Below are positions 1 through 14,098 of a stretch of 64,000 nt of DNA, one piece after another. This stretch comes from Hemiscyllium ocellatum (taxonomy: Eukaryota): positions 27,652,001 through 27,716,000 of the forward strand of contig NC_083417.1 in NCBI RefSeq assembly GCF_020745735.1, written 5' to 3'. The position numbers were made by a program, and so were the translations under genes. Below the pieces are notes generated by a model. That model saw nothing but the letters and a program-made list of their open reading frames with translations, had not been told where the DNA came from and searched no databases. How positions within the stretch are numbered: position 1 is the stretch's first letter; every line of letters starts with the position of its first letter.

Positions 1-2420
1 CCTTAATTGAAGAATTTCCTCCTCATCTCAGCTCTAAATGACCTACCCTATATCAATAAATGGTAATCCCTAAGTCTGGAATCCCTGGTCAATGGGAATG
101 TCATTCCTGTGTTTACCCTATTTAGTGCTGTTAGAACTTCATTACCCACCCTAATTCTTCCAGAGTCCGAACTGATTCAGTAATCCGGGCTCTCTTTATT
201 TACAAGTGCGACCATTCACAGTCTGGAAAACTTTAGTTACACTCCCTCCATAGCCAGAACCACTTTTCTCAGATAATAGAATCAGAGAGATGTACAGCAT
301 GGAAACAAACCTTTCAGTCCAACTTGTCCATTCCAACCGAATATCCTAAATTAATCTTGTCCCATTTGCCAGCACGTGATGCATATCCCTCTGAACCCTT
401 CCTATTCATGTACCCATCCACATGCCTTTTAAATGTTGTAATTGTACCAGCCTCCACCACCTCCTCTGGCAGCTCATTCCATACACACACCTCCTTCTGC
501 ATGAAAATGTTGCCTGTGAGGTCTCTTTTAAATCTTTCCCCTCTCACCCTAAACTTCTGCCCTCTAGATCGGGACTGCCCCAAACCAGGGAAAAGACCTT
601 ATCTATTCACCCTATCCATGCCCCTCAGGATCTTATAAATATCTGAATGTGAACAAAACTTCACACAATACTCCAGGTGTGGTCTCACCAAGGTCTATAT
701 AATTGCAACAAGATGTTCTGGTTCCTGTATTCAAATCTTCTTGCTATGAAGGGCAACAGAACATTTGTCTTCTTCATCACCTGTTGAGTGTGTACTTGCT
801 TTAATGAATGTACAAGGACATCAGTTCTCATTGCACCCTTTCCCAATCTATTACCATAAAATCCATACAGTGTGGAATCAAGCCATTCAGCCCCTTGGGG
901 CCACACTAATCCTCCGAAGAGCATCCCACCCCTATCCCTGCATTTCCCATGGCTAATCCATTTAATCTGCTCATTCCTGGACACTATGGCCAATCAACCT
1001 AATCTGCACATCTTTGGACTGTGGGAGGAAACTGGAACACCTGGAGGAAACCCATGCAGACATGGGGAGAACATGTAAACTCCACATTGACAGTCGCCAG
1101 AGGCTGGAATCGAACATTGACCCTAGCGCTGTGAGGCAGCAGTGCTAACCGCTGAGCCACTGTGCCGCCATTCAGATAACAATCTGCCTTCCTCGTTTTG
1201 CTACCAAAATGGATAATCTCATATTTATCCACATTATACTTTATCTGTCCTGCATTTGTCCAAATCACACTGAAGCATCTTTACATGCTCCTTCCTCACA
1301 GTTTGCCCTCCCACCCAGCTTTGTGTCATCTGCAAAGTTGGAGATATCACATATTTGTTCCCTCATCTTAATCATTAATATATTGTGAAAAGCTAGAATC
1401 CAAGATCTGATCCCTGCAATAGCCTACCAGTACTGTCTGCCACTCGGAAAAAGACCCATTTGTTTTTATGCTTTGTTTCCTGTCTGCTAAGCAATTCTCT
1501 ATCCATGTCAGTATTCTACTCGCAAACCCATGTGCTTTAATTTTACATGTTAATCTCTAATGTGGGACCTTATCGAAAGTCTTTTGAAAGCCCTAGTAAA
1601 CGACAACCATTGGTTCATCCCTCTTTTTGATTCTAATAGTTACATCGGAATAGAGAGTACTGGCCTAATGGTAAGATTATTGGTAGGGTGGATGAGCAGA
1701 GAGATCTCTGTATCCATGTGCATAGATCCCTGAAAGTTGCCACCAAGTTGATAGGGTTGATTCGTATGGTGTGTTCATTTTTATTGGTAGAGGGATTAAT
1801 TTTCGGAGCCATGAGGACATGTTGCAGCTGTACAAAACTCTGGTGCAGCCATGCTTGGAGTATTGAATACAGTTCTGGTCACCGCATTATTGGAAGGACA
1901 TGGAAGCATTGGAAAGGAGTCCAATGAATCAAGGTGTTGCCTGGTATAGAGGAGGGTATTAGAGGAAAAGCTGAGGGACTTCAGGCTGTTTTTGTTAGAG
2001 AGAAAAAGGTTGAAAGATGACTTAATCTTAATCGAGACAAACAAGATGAACAGAGGATTGGATAGTGTGAACAGTGAGAGCCGTTTTCTTCAGATGGTGA
2101 TGGCTAACATGAGGGGACATAGCTTTAAATTGAGGGGTGATAAATATAGGACAGATGTCAGAGATATTTTCTTTACTCAGAGTTGTAGGGATGTGGAATG
2201 CCCTGCCTGCAATAGTAGTAGACTCGGCAGCATTAAGGGCATTTAAATGGTCATCGGATAAACATATGGATGATAATGAAATAGTGTAGGTTAGATAGGC
2301 TTCAAATTGGCTTCACAGGTTGGTGCAACATCAAGGGCCAAAGGGCCTGTACTGCGCTGTAATGTTCTATCATCCTTGAAAATCTGCAGTGGATTTGTCA
2401 AGTATAATTTCCCATTTGTT
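1..2420. mobile_element. nested decayed CR1/L3-like LINE fragments (minus-strand copies, with a plus-strand copy at about 1648-2372)
   Basis: Remnant RT and C-terminal peptides (WNELPEEVVEAGTITTFKRH, LLQLYR, RGHSFKLRGDKYRTDVR) with stops and frameshifts. Confidence 0.85.
861..1170 (-). mobile_element. tRNA-derived V-SINE (HE1-like), diverged
   Basis: tRNA-like head with A and B boxes plus the V-domain core, reverse-complemented. Confidence 0.85.
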
Positions 2421-2745
2421 ATTAGATTAGATTAGATTAGATTAGACTTACAGTGTGGAAACAGGCCCTTCGGCCCAACAAGTCCACACCGACCCGCCGA
2501 AGCGAAACCCACCCATACCCCTACATTACCCCTTACCTAACACTACGGGCAATTTAGCATGGCCAATTCACCTGACCCGCACATCTTTGGACTGTGGGAG
2601 GAAACCGGAGCACCCGGAGAAAACCCACGCAGACACGGGGAGAACGTGCAAACTCCACACAGTCAGTCGCCTGAGTCGGGAATTGAACCCGGGTCTTCAG
2701 GCGCTGTGAGGCAGCAGTGCTAACCACTGTGCCACCGTGCCGCCC
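2421..2745 (-). mobile_element. tRNA-derived V-SINE (HE1-like), young full-length copy
   Basis: Head GGGCGGCACGGTGGCACAGTGGTTAGCACTGCTGCCTCACAGC, B box GGTTCAATTCC, V core GTGTGGAGTTTGCACGTTCTCCCCGTGTCTGCGTGGGTT, and a (TCTAA)n tail. Confidence 0.93.
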
Positions 2746-3623
2746 AAACGCGGAACCAGACCAGACCAGACCAAACCCCCTCAAAATATATTAAGATGAT
2801 AACCAAGCTCTTACTAGCATTAATCAATTTTGGATAAAAGGAAGTCATTAACCATGACATATGAATCAGGACATTAACATTCAGGAGCATTTAGTGACTC
2901 ATTTAATGGACAATTCATTCCTAGGATTGTTCCCTGAACTGGCCTTGTGCCCAAGAATGGACACATCTGAATTTATAGACCAATTTTAGTATTTAAAATC
3001 CCCCTAAGGTTAGACTGACCTTTGTTTATTTCCAAAACGCCCTTCCTTTTAAAAAAACATATGCCTACTTAGCACGACATAAAAGTTCAAATACTCTGAA
3101 AATTGCTGAAATAAGTAATTTTAATTTAATAAATGTACAGTCTTATATTTTGAACAATTTGGTGTTATTGAGATTTCAAGATAAACAAAATTTGAATCTA
3201 GGAAAAGGTAAACATTAAATGGAGATGGAATTAAACATAAAGGATTAAGTGTTGGTTGTAATCATTTTCCCATGCATTTTGTTTGTGTCATCTCTGGAAA
3301 TAAAACTTCCCTCAAAATTTGAATATAAACAATAATCAGAAATCAGCAATTTTGGGCATCTACATTCTACTAAAATGGTAAAAACATCCACAAGTTTCAG
3401 ACAAGCATATTTATCAATTTGTGGGCAGATTCACCTTATTATTTTGTGAGGCTAAAACAAGGGCAGTTCAGGCATCAAGGAAACTAAATAAACTAGTACT
3501 GAATGGTCTGTCCCAGGCCTGTGAGAAGTTAACATTAGATGAAAGGATAAAGCTTGTTTAAAATTTGTCAATTTCTAGTAATCCACTTGAATTAGCAGTT
3601 ATATTTTTTCAATTTAACTACAT

Positions 3624-3881
<258 letters not shown>

Positions 3882-4278
3882 TTAAATTAGGTGTAAGACA
3901 GACTTTAAAATGATAAATTACCCACCAATGAATATGCATGCCGTATGGGTGAAATTTTCTGAACTTGTTTTCTGCCCAAATGACAGAACAGCTAGTGGGC
4001 CATGAACTCATTGACAGCTTGAACAGGCTTTGCTGAAGATCTTTAATTAATTCATAGCATTTGCATTCTACATCTAAGTTCTCTGGCCAATCTAGGAGAG
4101 TGGGTGGGATGACACACTGATTCTGTCAAAGGAAGGAAATAGAAATACATTGACACCAGGATGTGTTACAATCATCCAAAAGGACATTAGGTTTTGGAGT
4201 TCCCGAAGTTTAAAATTGTGCAGCAGCATCTTAATACTACTGGCAATGTGTGTACACCTGACCAACTCAGAATGAGGA

Positions 4279-4602
4279 TTTAGATTAGATTAGATTACTT
4301 ACAGTGTGGAAACAGGCCCTTCGGCCCAACAAGTCCACACCGACCCGCCGAAGCGCAACCCACCCATACCCCTACCCATACATATACCCCTTACCTAACA
4401 CTATGGGCAATTTAGCATGGCCAATTCACCTGACCCGCACATCTTTGGACTGTGGGAGGAAACCGGAGCACCCGGAGGAAACCCACGCAGACACGGGGAG
4501 AACGTGCAAACTCCACACAGTCAGTCGCCTGAGGTGGGAATTGAACCCAGGTCCCTGGCGCTGTGAGGCAGCAGTGCTAACCACTGTGCCACCGTGCCGC
4601 CC
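4279..4602 (-). mobile_element. tRNA-derived V-SINE, young full-length copy
   Basis: Nearly identical to 2421-2745 and 44072-44381. Confidence 0.93.
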
Positions 4603-5374
4603 TTTGTTGAAGTTGGCAATGCCCTGCCATGAAATCTGCTCCTCTGGAGACAATGCCACTCAGCAATGTTGAAAGAGCTAATTTTCTGTCTGTAGACTAT
4701 ATCTTGCCTGGCTGGAAATGGCTTGTTTTTATTTTTAAAAATTAGTTAATTGGATATGGGCATTTATTCACCATCCCTAGCAGCCCAGAGGCAAGTTTTT
4801 AATGCAAGCATATTTCTGTGGGTCTGGAGTCACATGTGGCCAGACCAGGTAAGGAGGCAGATTTCCTTTTCCAAAGAACATTCATGAACCAGATGGATTT
4901 ATTGTAGTAATTAACAGTGATTACATTGTTCAAGTTTTATTCCAGATTTTTATTGAAACCAAGCTCCCAGAACATTAGCTTGAGATGCTGCATTACTGGT
5001 TCAATGTCATGAGCACTACACCACTCCATTCCCTTTTGTCTAATCGAGAATCATGAGGCTGAGGAGAAGGCAGTTAGTGCTGCCACTGTGTTGCTTCAAC
5101 AGCTGCTGCAGTTGCTGTGAGTGCTGAACTCCTCTTGCTTTTGATAGGAGATGCAAATCAGAGCTACATAAATTTCATCTACGCCCTAGTGAAGGCAGAT
5201 AACAGAAGTGTAGCTGAAGATGAGTAAAGTGTGTAAGACTGTCAAAAAAATTAGGAGATTTAATTATTGCACAGAAAACCACTTCCTTGCCTGGGAAAAT
5301 TCCCCTTTTACCTCAGTTTCCCCATTGTGGGATTGGAGTGAAGAAATTTATTGCTATTCAATAGACCACAATAC

Positions 5375-5497
5375 ATAGCAGAAAGTGAGGACTGCAGATA
5401 CTGGAGAGTCAGAGTTAAAAAGTGTGGCACTGGAAAAGCACAGCAGGCCAGGAGCTGCCTGACCTGCTGTGCTTTTCCAGTGGCACCTTTTTGACTA
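5375..5497. repeat. palindromic remnant of Penelope-like pseudo-LTR ends
   Basis: CACTGGAAAAGCACAGCAGGCCAGG (5428-5452) and its reverse complement (5458-5482) match at 24 of 25 positions. The same sequence forms the ends of the Penelope copies near 37830 and 44400. Confidence 0.7.
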
Positions 5498-5499
5498 TA

Positions 5500-5760
5500 A
5501 TATAGGAGCAGAACTACACACGTTAGCCTATTGAGTCTGCTCCACCATTCGATCAGGGCGGATATGACTCTCAACCCCATTCTCCTGCCTTGTCCACATA
5601 ACTCTTGAACCTCTTGAATCTATCTCTATCTTAAATACACTCAATGACTTGGTCTCCACAGCCTTTTGTGGCAATGAGTTCCATAGATTAACCTCCCCTG
5701 GCTGAAAAAAATTCTTCCTCATCTCACTCTGAAGCTGTGCCCTCAGGTCCTTGGCTCTGA
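5500..5760 (-). mobile_element. CR1-like LINE 3' fragment
   Basis: MRKNFF...VNLWNSLPQKAVETKSLSVFKIEID. Confidence 0.8.
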
Positions 5761-7467
5761 CCAGAAAATTAGTCTAAGTGAGTACTACGTTTCAAAGAGT
5801 TCAGGCTCAGTCAGTCTATCATTGCTTGGTGCCTCGATTCATCTCATGTGGAATGGATGTGTTAGGACTTCTCGGTTTCTGAAAAGAATCAGCAACATCA
5901 GCAGGAAATGGGAGAAAATTGAAGGTTTCTGTATTCTTTGTAATTGATTGCAACAATGTATGTGCACATGTGTGATCCATGCTTAGTCATTTCATGTATT
6001 CCTCTCTGTTTGGGAGAAGATAAATCAGACTGGCTATGCAAACCTCACATTTTTAAAATTAATTTACTGGATTTGGGCATTGGAGGTACATAATCAGTTA
6101 TTGCCTATTCCTATTTGTTTGAAGAATGTGATGGCAAGCCAGCACCTAAAACCATTGCAGTGCATCTGGTAAAAATACTCCCAATGTGTGGAGTAAGTAT
6201 AGAGTTCCAAGATTTCCAACAGAGAAGCTGGAAGATTCTTTATGCTCAGACTGCTGCTGGTGTTCCTATGTGCCTGCTGCGAATTAGGGGGGATAGTAGA
6301 TTTGGGAGCTTCTGTCAAAGAAGCTTTAGTGAGTTGCTGTAGTACATATTGCAGATTGTACATACTACCAGGATGCAGCAATGGTGAAGGTCTTGAATAT
6401 TTAAAGATTATATACTGCCACTCAAATGGATTGATTCAAATCTTTGTTTGCAGTCACTGTATATAAATAGTTGGTTTAATTCAGTTTCTGGTAATGTAGA
6501 GATGGATGTGAATTCTGAAACTTGCCACCTTTGACAGTCATAGTCTTTTATGTGGGGAATGTAAATACTCAACATTAAATGTCAATGGTAGGTAGTGAGA
6601 TTCTCTATTGTTGGAGATGGTCACCATCCGACACTTCTGTGGCATAAATGTGCAGGCCAAGCTTAAATGCTGTTCGGGTCTTTTCACATACAGCCCCAAA
6701 TTGCTGCAATATCTCAGGACTTATGAATGGAATTGAATATTTTGTAATCATCAGGAAATAATGATAGAAGTAAAACAATTCATTAAGCATCATTGAGCCA
6801 GGAGACCGAGATTCAAGTCCTAACTGCTCCAGGATTCAAGTCCTAAATGCATAATATCATTTCTGGAACAGGTTGATTAAAAATATCTCCAAAGAGTTCA
6901 GGACTTTGCCCCACGGAATGGCACCAGAGACATCCAGGAGCTGTAACGATTGGTGTACAACAACTTGACCATCTTCATTTATGTGATATATGACTCCTGC
7001 TCTTTGATGCCGTAGCCCACGAAATGCCACCTGGTATCAAGTGCAAGCATTCTATCCTTACCTCCAGAATTTATATCTTTTATAAATGTTTGGAACAAGG
7101 CTGGTCATGCAATCTGGAGCTAAATGGTACTGGTGAACCCCAGACTGAGCAAGAGAAAGCAGGATATTAATAAGGGAATGTATTTGATAATCAACACTAC
7201 CAGTATTTTCCTAAGAATTGAGAGTGGACTGCTGAAACAGCGTTTGGCTGAATTGGATTTTTCCTGCTTTTTGTGGATAGGACATACATTGGCCACTTTA
7301 GCTATGGATCAGCATGGTCTGGGTTGCATTATTAATGGAAAGCTTCAAACGCATGGCAATGTGAAGTGGAAAAAAGACTAATAAGTCAGTGTCAAACATG
7401 ATTTTAATGTCATTTTTGGACTTTATAATCATTTGCAAAATCTAGGTAAATCTCAGAGATTATGTTT

Positions 7468-7642
7468 TGGGGCAGTGACATAGTGGTTAGCACTGCTGCC
7501 TCACAGAGCCAGGGACCTGGGTTCAATTACCATCTCTGGCAACTGTCTGTTGTGGAGTTTGCACATTCTCCCTGTGTCTGTGTGGGTTTCCTCCGGGTGC
7601 TCCAGTTTCCTCCCACAGTCCAAAGATGTGCAGGTTAGGTAA
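7468..7642 (+). mobile_element. V-SINE, 3'-truncated
   Basis: tRNA head and V core present; tail missing. Confidence 0.85.
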
Positions 7643-8858
7643 ACATCTAATCAATGTTAACCAAAACTCTCAATTTAGTGGATCTATAGTGATATATTTT
7701 TCATTCGTTCACAGGATTTTGGTGTGGCTGGATTTTCATATCACATTTGCCCCACTGTGAGCACAAGTGTGACATTCAATCCTTTTGATGTATCAGCTTG
7801 GTTCTATTAGCATGACACTTAGTTCTAAATCTGAAGGTAAATGAGCAAAAAACCAAGGTTTATACCCACATACAGTAATGAGTACTGGCAGGCTGCATTC
7901 TAGTAATTTACTAGGTATGCAGAAGCCTGGAAGAATGCACTAGAGACAGGAGTTCAAATCGTATCATGGTAACTGGAAAAATTAAGTTCAATTAATAAAA
8001 ATTATGGAATAAATTGCTAATAATAAGAAAGTTGTAGTAAAAATCCATCTGGTTTTCTAATGCCATCTGGTTTTCAGGGAGAAAGTCTGCCATAATTTCC
8101 TACTGTCCTATACATCACTCCAGACCCATAACTATGTGCTTGGCTCTTCACTGCCCTCTGAAATGACTGAGCATTCAACTCATATGTATTAAAACACTGC
8201 AGAAAAAAGCAATGTGGATATGCCATATTATCTGCAGTAATTCGAGGAGGAGTGGTCAAAGGATGGACAATAAATTATGGCCTTGATAATGATGGTCATA
8301 GTGTAAGACTAATTATTAATAAAAAACTACTACTGATGGAGGTGGTGGGCTTGGGATGACACATTAAAACAAAAGTTTCTACTTTGGAGCAGGTGGATAC
8401 TAAAATAACTCACAGCACTCAAATGTAGAGAACTAATAACATATTTCTCTCAAATAACCTCACAAAAAATAAATTTGTGCTGTTCATAGCATTTATTGTG
8501 TGATCATTAGCTGCCACATTGGCCTATATTTATCAATTAGTATAATGCAGAAGTTAGGTAATTGATAATATGGAAGAATTGAGGAAATTCCTCTCAGGCA
8601 GTAGTGGATTAAGCACCCCATTATACACAGTGCTTCATTTTCAGTTCTGTAAATTGTTGTTCAGTGTCTCCTGAGTGGCTGATTCGACATCAGCTCTTTT
8701 GCATCATTGACACTTTCCACCCTACATCTACAACTTAGAAGCATCTAGAATGAGTACCTACTCTATTTTCTCTTCAGGTGTTTCTTCAGAAAATTTTTGT
8801 ACTAACAGCAGCTTAACAGTATATATTGGTGCATCATTATGCACCACGGTGCATTAAC

Positions 8859-9152
8859 CACGGTGGCACAGTGGTTAGTGCTGCTACCTCACAGCGCCTA
8901 AGACCCGGGTTCAATTCCCAACTCAGGCGACTGACTGTGTGGAGTTTGCACGTTCTCCCCGTGTCTGTGTGGGTTTCCTCCGGGTGCTCTGGTTTCCTCC
9001 CACAGCCAGGTGAATTGGCCATGCTAAATTGCCCGTAGTGTTAGGTGAAGGGATAAATGTAGGGGAATGGGTCTGGGTGGGTATCTCTTCAGAGGGTCGG
9101 TGTGGACTTGTTGGGTCGAAGGGCCTGTTTCCACGCTGTAAGTAATCTAATC
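8859..9152 (+). mobile_element. V-SINE
   Basis: tRNA head, V core and TAATCTAATC tail. Confidence 0.9.
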
Positions 9153-9917
9153 ATTTTCAGATTTAAACTGTTTAGTTTGGAAGGATATAAAGGTTTCAAT
9201 CCATCAAATAATTTGATTCAGAAAATGTTGCTTCCTTGTTTAAACCATTGATGCATTCAACATATTTCAGAACAGAATTCTGCTCTATTATTGTCATCCA
9301 GTGTTGATGATGTTTAACATATGGTAGCCAACAGCATCTCACAGTGATTGCCAGTATTCCCTCAGATCTATCTTGTTTCAGATTCCTAAATGTCTTTGTA
9401 ATTTGCGCAGAACCTTTTTGTACATATGTATGAAAATACATGAGTTCTGACATGTGTCTGCTGACAGCCAATGTATGCAGAGTTTCAAATCAATGTGAAG
9501 AATATCAACTTAGCTGAAGAGGGGGAAAACAACATCACGTAAACAGGTTTTGAAGAGAGAATGTCAAATTCCATTGAGGTGGGGGAGAAAAAAGTATCAG
9601 TATTTCTTGGAAGGAAAGATTAAGTTAGAGGTTAAAGGAATATCTCTATGCAAGTGTGGGGATGAGGGAAACATAATGATTCGAGATTAGCTCTCAGCTC
9701 TCAGCAACAAAGGAATGGCAATTGCCACTCGTTTCATTGCCTGCAGTCCACACGTTTTCCTAGTTCAAAGATTTTTTTCTAATCCATGTTACAAATGCAG
9801 AGGCCTCTAAAAGACATTCATAGCATGTGTCAGCAAGGAAAGTGACAATGAAGTTCTTCAACCATCAGACTGAAGTATCCTCATTGAGCCATGTAGAGTT
9901 CAAACCAAGAAGAACAA

Positions 9918-11195
9918 TACAGGAAATCTAATATTACTGTTTATAGATTAATCTTTGGATTTTGTTTTGCCAGGCATTTAAAATATTTTAAAATGTGTTA
10001 TATGTAGATAGCTTGGTTTCTTTTATCTCATTTTTTTTCTTTTGCATAACGAATTTCTGTTCTATTGTTAAAATCAAATCTGCAGCCTAGTGTTCATATA
10101 TTTCAGTATAAGATGACCATGTTAAGTTAAGAAAGAACAAAATATGATCTATTAAGAAAATTTAATTGTAGGATTTCACCTGTCCAGTAGCGTCATCATA
10201 AGAGGTGGGATGTCCTTGTTCTCAAAGTGCATTTTATCTTTGACATTTTATTCAGGGTGCATTCTTTATTAATATCTGAAGATTATTATGTAAAGATTAG
10301 GAAAAGAGAAAGACAGAACTTCTAAAGTTAATTTTCTTACAAAAGAACAAGACTTGTAAAAAGGTATTTTTCAAAGGCTACAAACATTACTCAGCAGTAA
10401 TTATAGCTTAGTGCTATACTTCTGAATGAAGTATAAAGACGGTTTCAAGCTAACATTTGCTGACTCACCAAATAACTGTACTGCAGGTTTGAGTTCTGCT
10501 GGTGAACAAAGGAAAATTATGCAAGCGTGGAGGAAGAAATAATGTACCCTGATTAAAATGTCAAAGATAAATGCACTTTGAGAACAAGGTCTTCCCACCT
10601 CTTATAATGACACTACTGGACAGGTGATATCCCAGAGTTAAATTTGCCTTAATAGTTCATATTTTTTTCTTCTTAATTAACATGATCATCTTGCACTGAA
10701 ACATATGAACAACCAGGCTGCAGATTTGATTTTAACAATAGAACAGAAATTCATAATGCAAAAGGAAAAATGAGATAAAAGAAACCAAACTATCTACGGT
10801 GGCTCAGTGGTTAGCACTGTTGCCTCACAGCGCCAGGGACTCGGGTTCAATTCCCGCATCAGGTAACTGTCTGTGCAGAGTTTGCACATTCTCCCCGTGT
10901 CCGTGTGGGTTTCCTCCGGGTACTCCACTTTCCTCCCACAGCACCAAAGGTGTGCAGGTTAGGTGAATTGGCCATGCTAAATTGCCCATCGTGATAGGTG
11001 CATTAGTCAGGGGTAAATGTAGGGGAATGGTTCTGGGTGGGTTGCTTTTCGGAGGGTCGGTGTGTACTTGTCGGGCCAAAGGGCCTGTTCCCACACTGTA
11101 TGGAATCTAATCTAATCATAACACAGTTTAGAATATTTCAAACACCTAGCAAAACAAAATCCAAAGTTTAAACTATAAACATTAGACTCCCTGTT
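9918..11195. repeat. long inverted repeat: arm 9918-10265 versus arm 10540-11195, the second interrupted by a SINE
   Basis: For example TTCTATTGTTAAAATCAAATCTGCAGCCT (about 10060-10088) is the reverse complement of AGGCTGCAGATTTGATTTTAACAATAGAA (about 10715-10743). Similarity runs about 340 bp. Confidence 0.85.
10795..11117 (+). mobile_element. V-SINE inserted into the right arm of the inverted repeat
   Basis: tRNA head, V core and TCTAATCTAATC tail. The inverted-repeat alignment resumes at 11118. Confidence 0.9.
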
Positions 11196-11992
11196 ATAAC
11201 CATAATTTTTTTTAAATCACTGGTATCTGTTGATTTCATTTCTTAATCTCAAATCTGAATGTTCCGCTCACTGATAAGCCCTAATTCCATGCAATATCAA
11301 CCTACAATTTCACTCCATCTTAATACATTCAGCCATTTTCATGTACAGTTCATCAAAATCCAAAGAAATTTTAATTCCCTTTCAGATCCAGATGTTGTCT
11401 TAACTATTTCTTTCCAATTCTAATCCTGTGAGCTGTAAGGCCTTTTGCCAAGACTATTCACATCACTGTCAGCTAATACATCCACAGACATTTAATAATC
11501 CGCCCTGTTTTAAACAAACATTCTTGGCTTCAAAGTTTTCATAAACTACAACCCCTACATATAGATAACTTATTCCTTTAAATACTCTGAACAAGTTCCT
11601 TTTCTAGGAGAAGCCATTCTTACACCCGACTCGAGTCAGGTCTCTTTTGAACTGAATTTCAAAACTTTTTAACTAATGTTTTAAGTAATTGTTTTTCCAT
11701 CCTAGCTTCTGCTGAGATAATGGTTTAATGTTTGTTTTATTCCTTTCTCCTGTTATAAAACCCCAAAATATAAACAAACTTCCATTAATCCTCAGGAGGC
11801 CTTCAGTACTCTTCTCTCTGGCATATGCTGACTTAAACTCACGGTTCCAAAAAGACTGACCTAGTTAATTTTTAAACCACTTCACAGAAATGACTAACAC
11901 TCATTCATCACAAGTTTGAAATCTGAACTCTGGAAAAGAATTTTATTCTATATTATATAAACACACACCTAAATCATACACCTTTCATCACA
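11192..11992. mobile_element. possible old solo LTR
   Basis: TGTTATAAC...TTCATCACA termini resemble the solo LTR at 17826-18462. No TSD is visible. Confidence 0.4.
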
Positions 11993-13943
11993 TTTTAACC
12001 TAATCTTGAGAAGTAATTTGTATTGGAATGGGTCCTTGAAACTCTTCAGAATGTTTATACCACTACCAGAAATATAATGAACACATATGTACCTATGTGG
12101 GCCAAATTAAATGCTAAGTTTAGCAAAGATTTGAAAGCAATAGCTAGTTCGTGAAGACAGTTTATGGAACAAAGTAGGTTAGTTGTGCAGATGCACAAAT
12201 GTCTCAGAGGCTATCAAACAATTTCATGCCAAAATTGTATGTTTTTGATGTTTCTTCATCAAACAGTGGCAAAAATGAGCACCCATTGTTACAGCAATAG
12301 CATAGGTGAAATGCCTTTGAATTTTGATATTTTAAGCAAAACAAAAGGTGCAATAAAAAGTTTGAAAATAGTTCTAGTGAAAACCAAAGGACAAGGAAAA
12401 GACAAGGTTCACAATGATACAAGTCTGCATGGCCAACAAAATGATATTAAAATCAGTTTTAATTTAGTTTTCAAATATAAAACTATGTCAAAAACCAAGT
12501 TCCCTACAGGAATAATTGTCCATGTGTATGCAAATGGCTAAATGAATTAAAATGGAGTGAAATTGTGGGTAGATATTGCATCCAAATAGGGCTTATCAGG
12601 AAACAAGATGTTCAGATTTGAGATAAACAATGAAATCAATAGATTAACATTAAATTGTAGTTATAACAGGGATTTAACATTTATCGTTTAATATTGGATA
12701 TGTGCCTCAGCAAGGCTTTGAAATATCATGTCCAGATTGAATGGAATAAATGGATATTTAACAGAGAAAAACCAGTTGCCAAGAGAATGGAAATTTGCAT
12801 GCTCCCCCATTTCATGTTTTATGTGGTTTTGTTATCAAATTATGAGATGCTATTAAACTGACTTGAGATTGTTCGAAAAATACAGAATATCTAATTAAGC
12901 GGATGGAGAGGAAGATGTTTTGTTGTGGCAGGATCATTCTGGGAGCAAAAGCAACAAATCTGACCCAGAATGGAATCCTTATAAGGATGCCATAACCAAA
13001 GTGAATCAAAACAAATTTGATTAACTGTTTGCATCGGATGGTGAAGAGAATGAGTTTCACAGTTAATAGAATGCTTTAATGTGGTCATGCATATCAGAGT
13101 AAGAATAATTCAAGCAATATTAGTTTGGAAAAGGAAATAGAGAGGAAACAGGAAAATATGGCCCGGATGGCCTGACATCAATATTGAGTGCATCGTAAAA
13201 GATTTATAAGCAGAGCATTTAGGGTAGGGGCTAAGATGGGAACAGGGTAGTGAGTTAGATGATCAGCTACGATCACATTAAATGATGTAACAGGTTTGAA
13301 GAATTGAATGGTCTAATCCTGTTTTCCATGTTTCTATATATGCATCACACTGTTTTAATTTGCATTACCATATCTTTTCTTCACACTTCAAAATGACAAC
13401 CACCTACACTAACACAACATTTTACAACTTGTACATAGCATACAAGTTGATCCCTGTTTTTGGAAGGATTGCTGAGGTTTCAAAGGTCGACTTACAACGA
13501 TGAACTATGCATTTATTTTTCCATCAGAGCCATCAGTGAATTGACATTTTTGACTCTGTGTCAATGTCTGTTTAATTCCAAGGTTGACTTGTATAAAATA
13601 AGATATCGAAGGCTAAATGTACATTTTTATTCAACAGTTTATAAAAAAGGAATAAATGAAGCCTACCAATTTCAGTTTTGACTAAAATAGTCAAATTAAA
13701 CAAGTCCCTTTCTTGCCATCAAAATTGTTGGGGAATGCCTCATCAAAGTTTGCAAATGTAATGCCCCTTACTTTAAAATTATTTTAAAATAAGACAGTAT
13801 AACACTATATAATAACTTTGTATTCTTCATCCATCAGGCCAGGAAAGAAAATGTTTACAATAGTAGCAGCTGATTGCTTTGAAGGGAAAAGAAGAAGACA
13901 GTATTAAATATGCTGATATCTTAATCTGATCATTGTTTCTCAC

Positions 13944-14098
13944 CCGAATAGCAGAAAGTGTATCATTCAGTTGAACTTTTGCTTTACTTTCTGCTTCTGT
14001 TTTCTCACCAAAACCATCATAGTAAACTCCAAAACTGATAAAGATCTGCTTTGATCCAACGTGCGACAAAAAGTTGCTCAAACAAATTTGATAAAAAC
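13944..14098 (-). CDS. TMED6: TMED6 coding exon 3: end of GOLD domain and coiled coil
   Basis: tttcag acceptor, gtgag donor. (G)FYQICLSNFLSHVGSKQIFISFGVYYDGFGEKTEAESKAKVQLNDTLSAIR. 155 nt; completes the Gly codon split with exon 2. Confidence 0.94.

Noticed and set aside
2421-2745. tRNA-like sequences with A and B boxes, here and in the other SINE heads
   Set aside because: They are SINE heads fused to the V core and tail, not complete tRNA genes.
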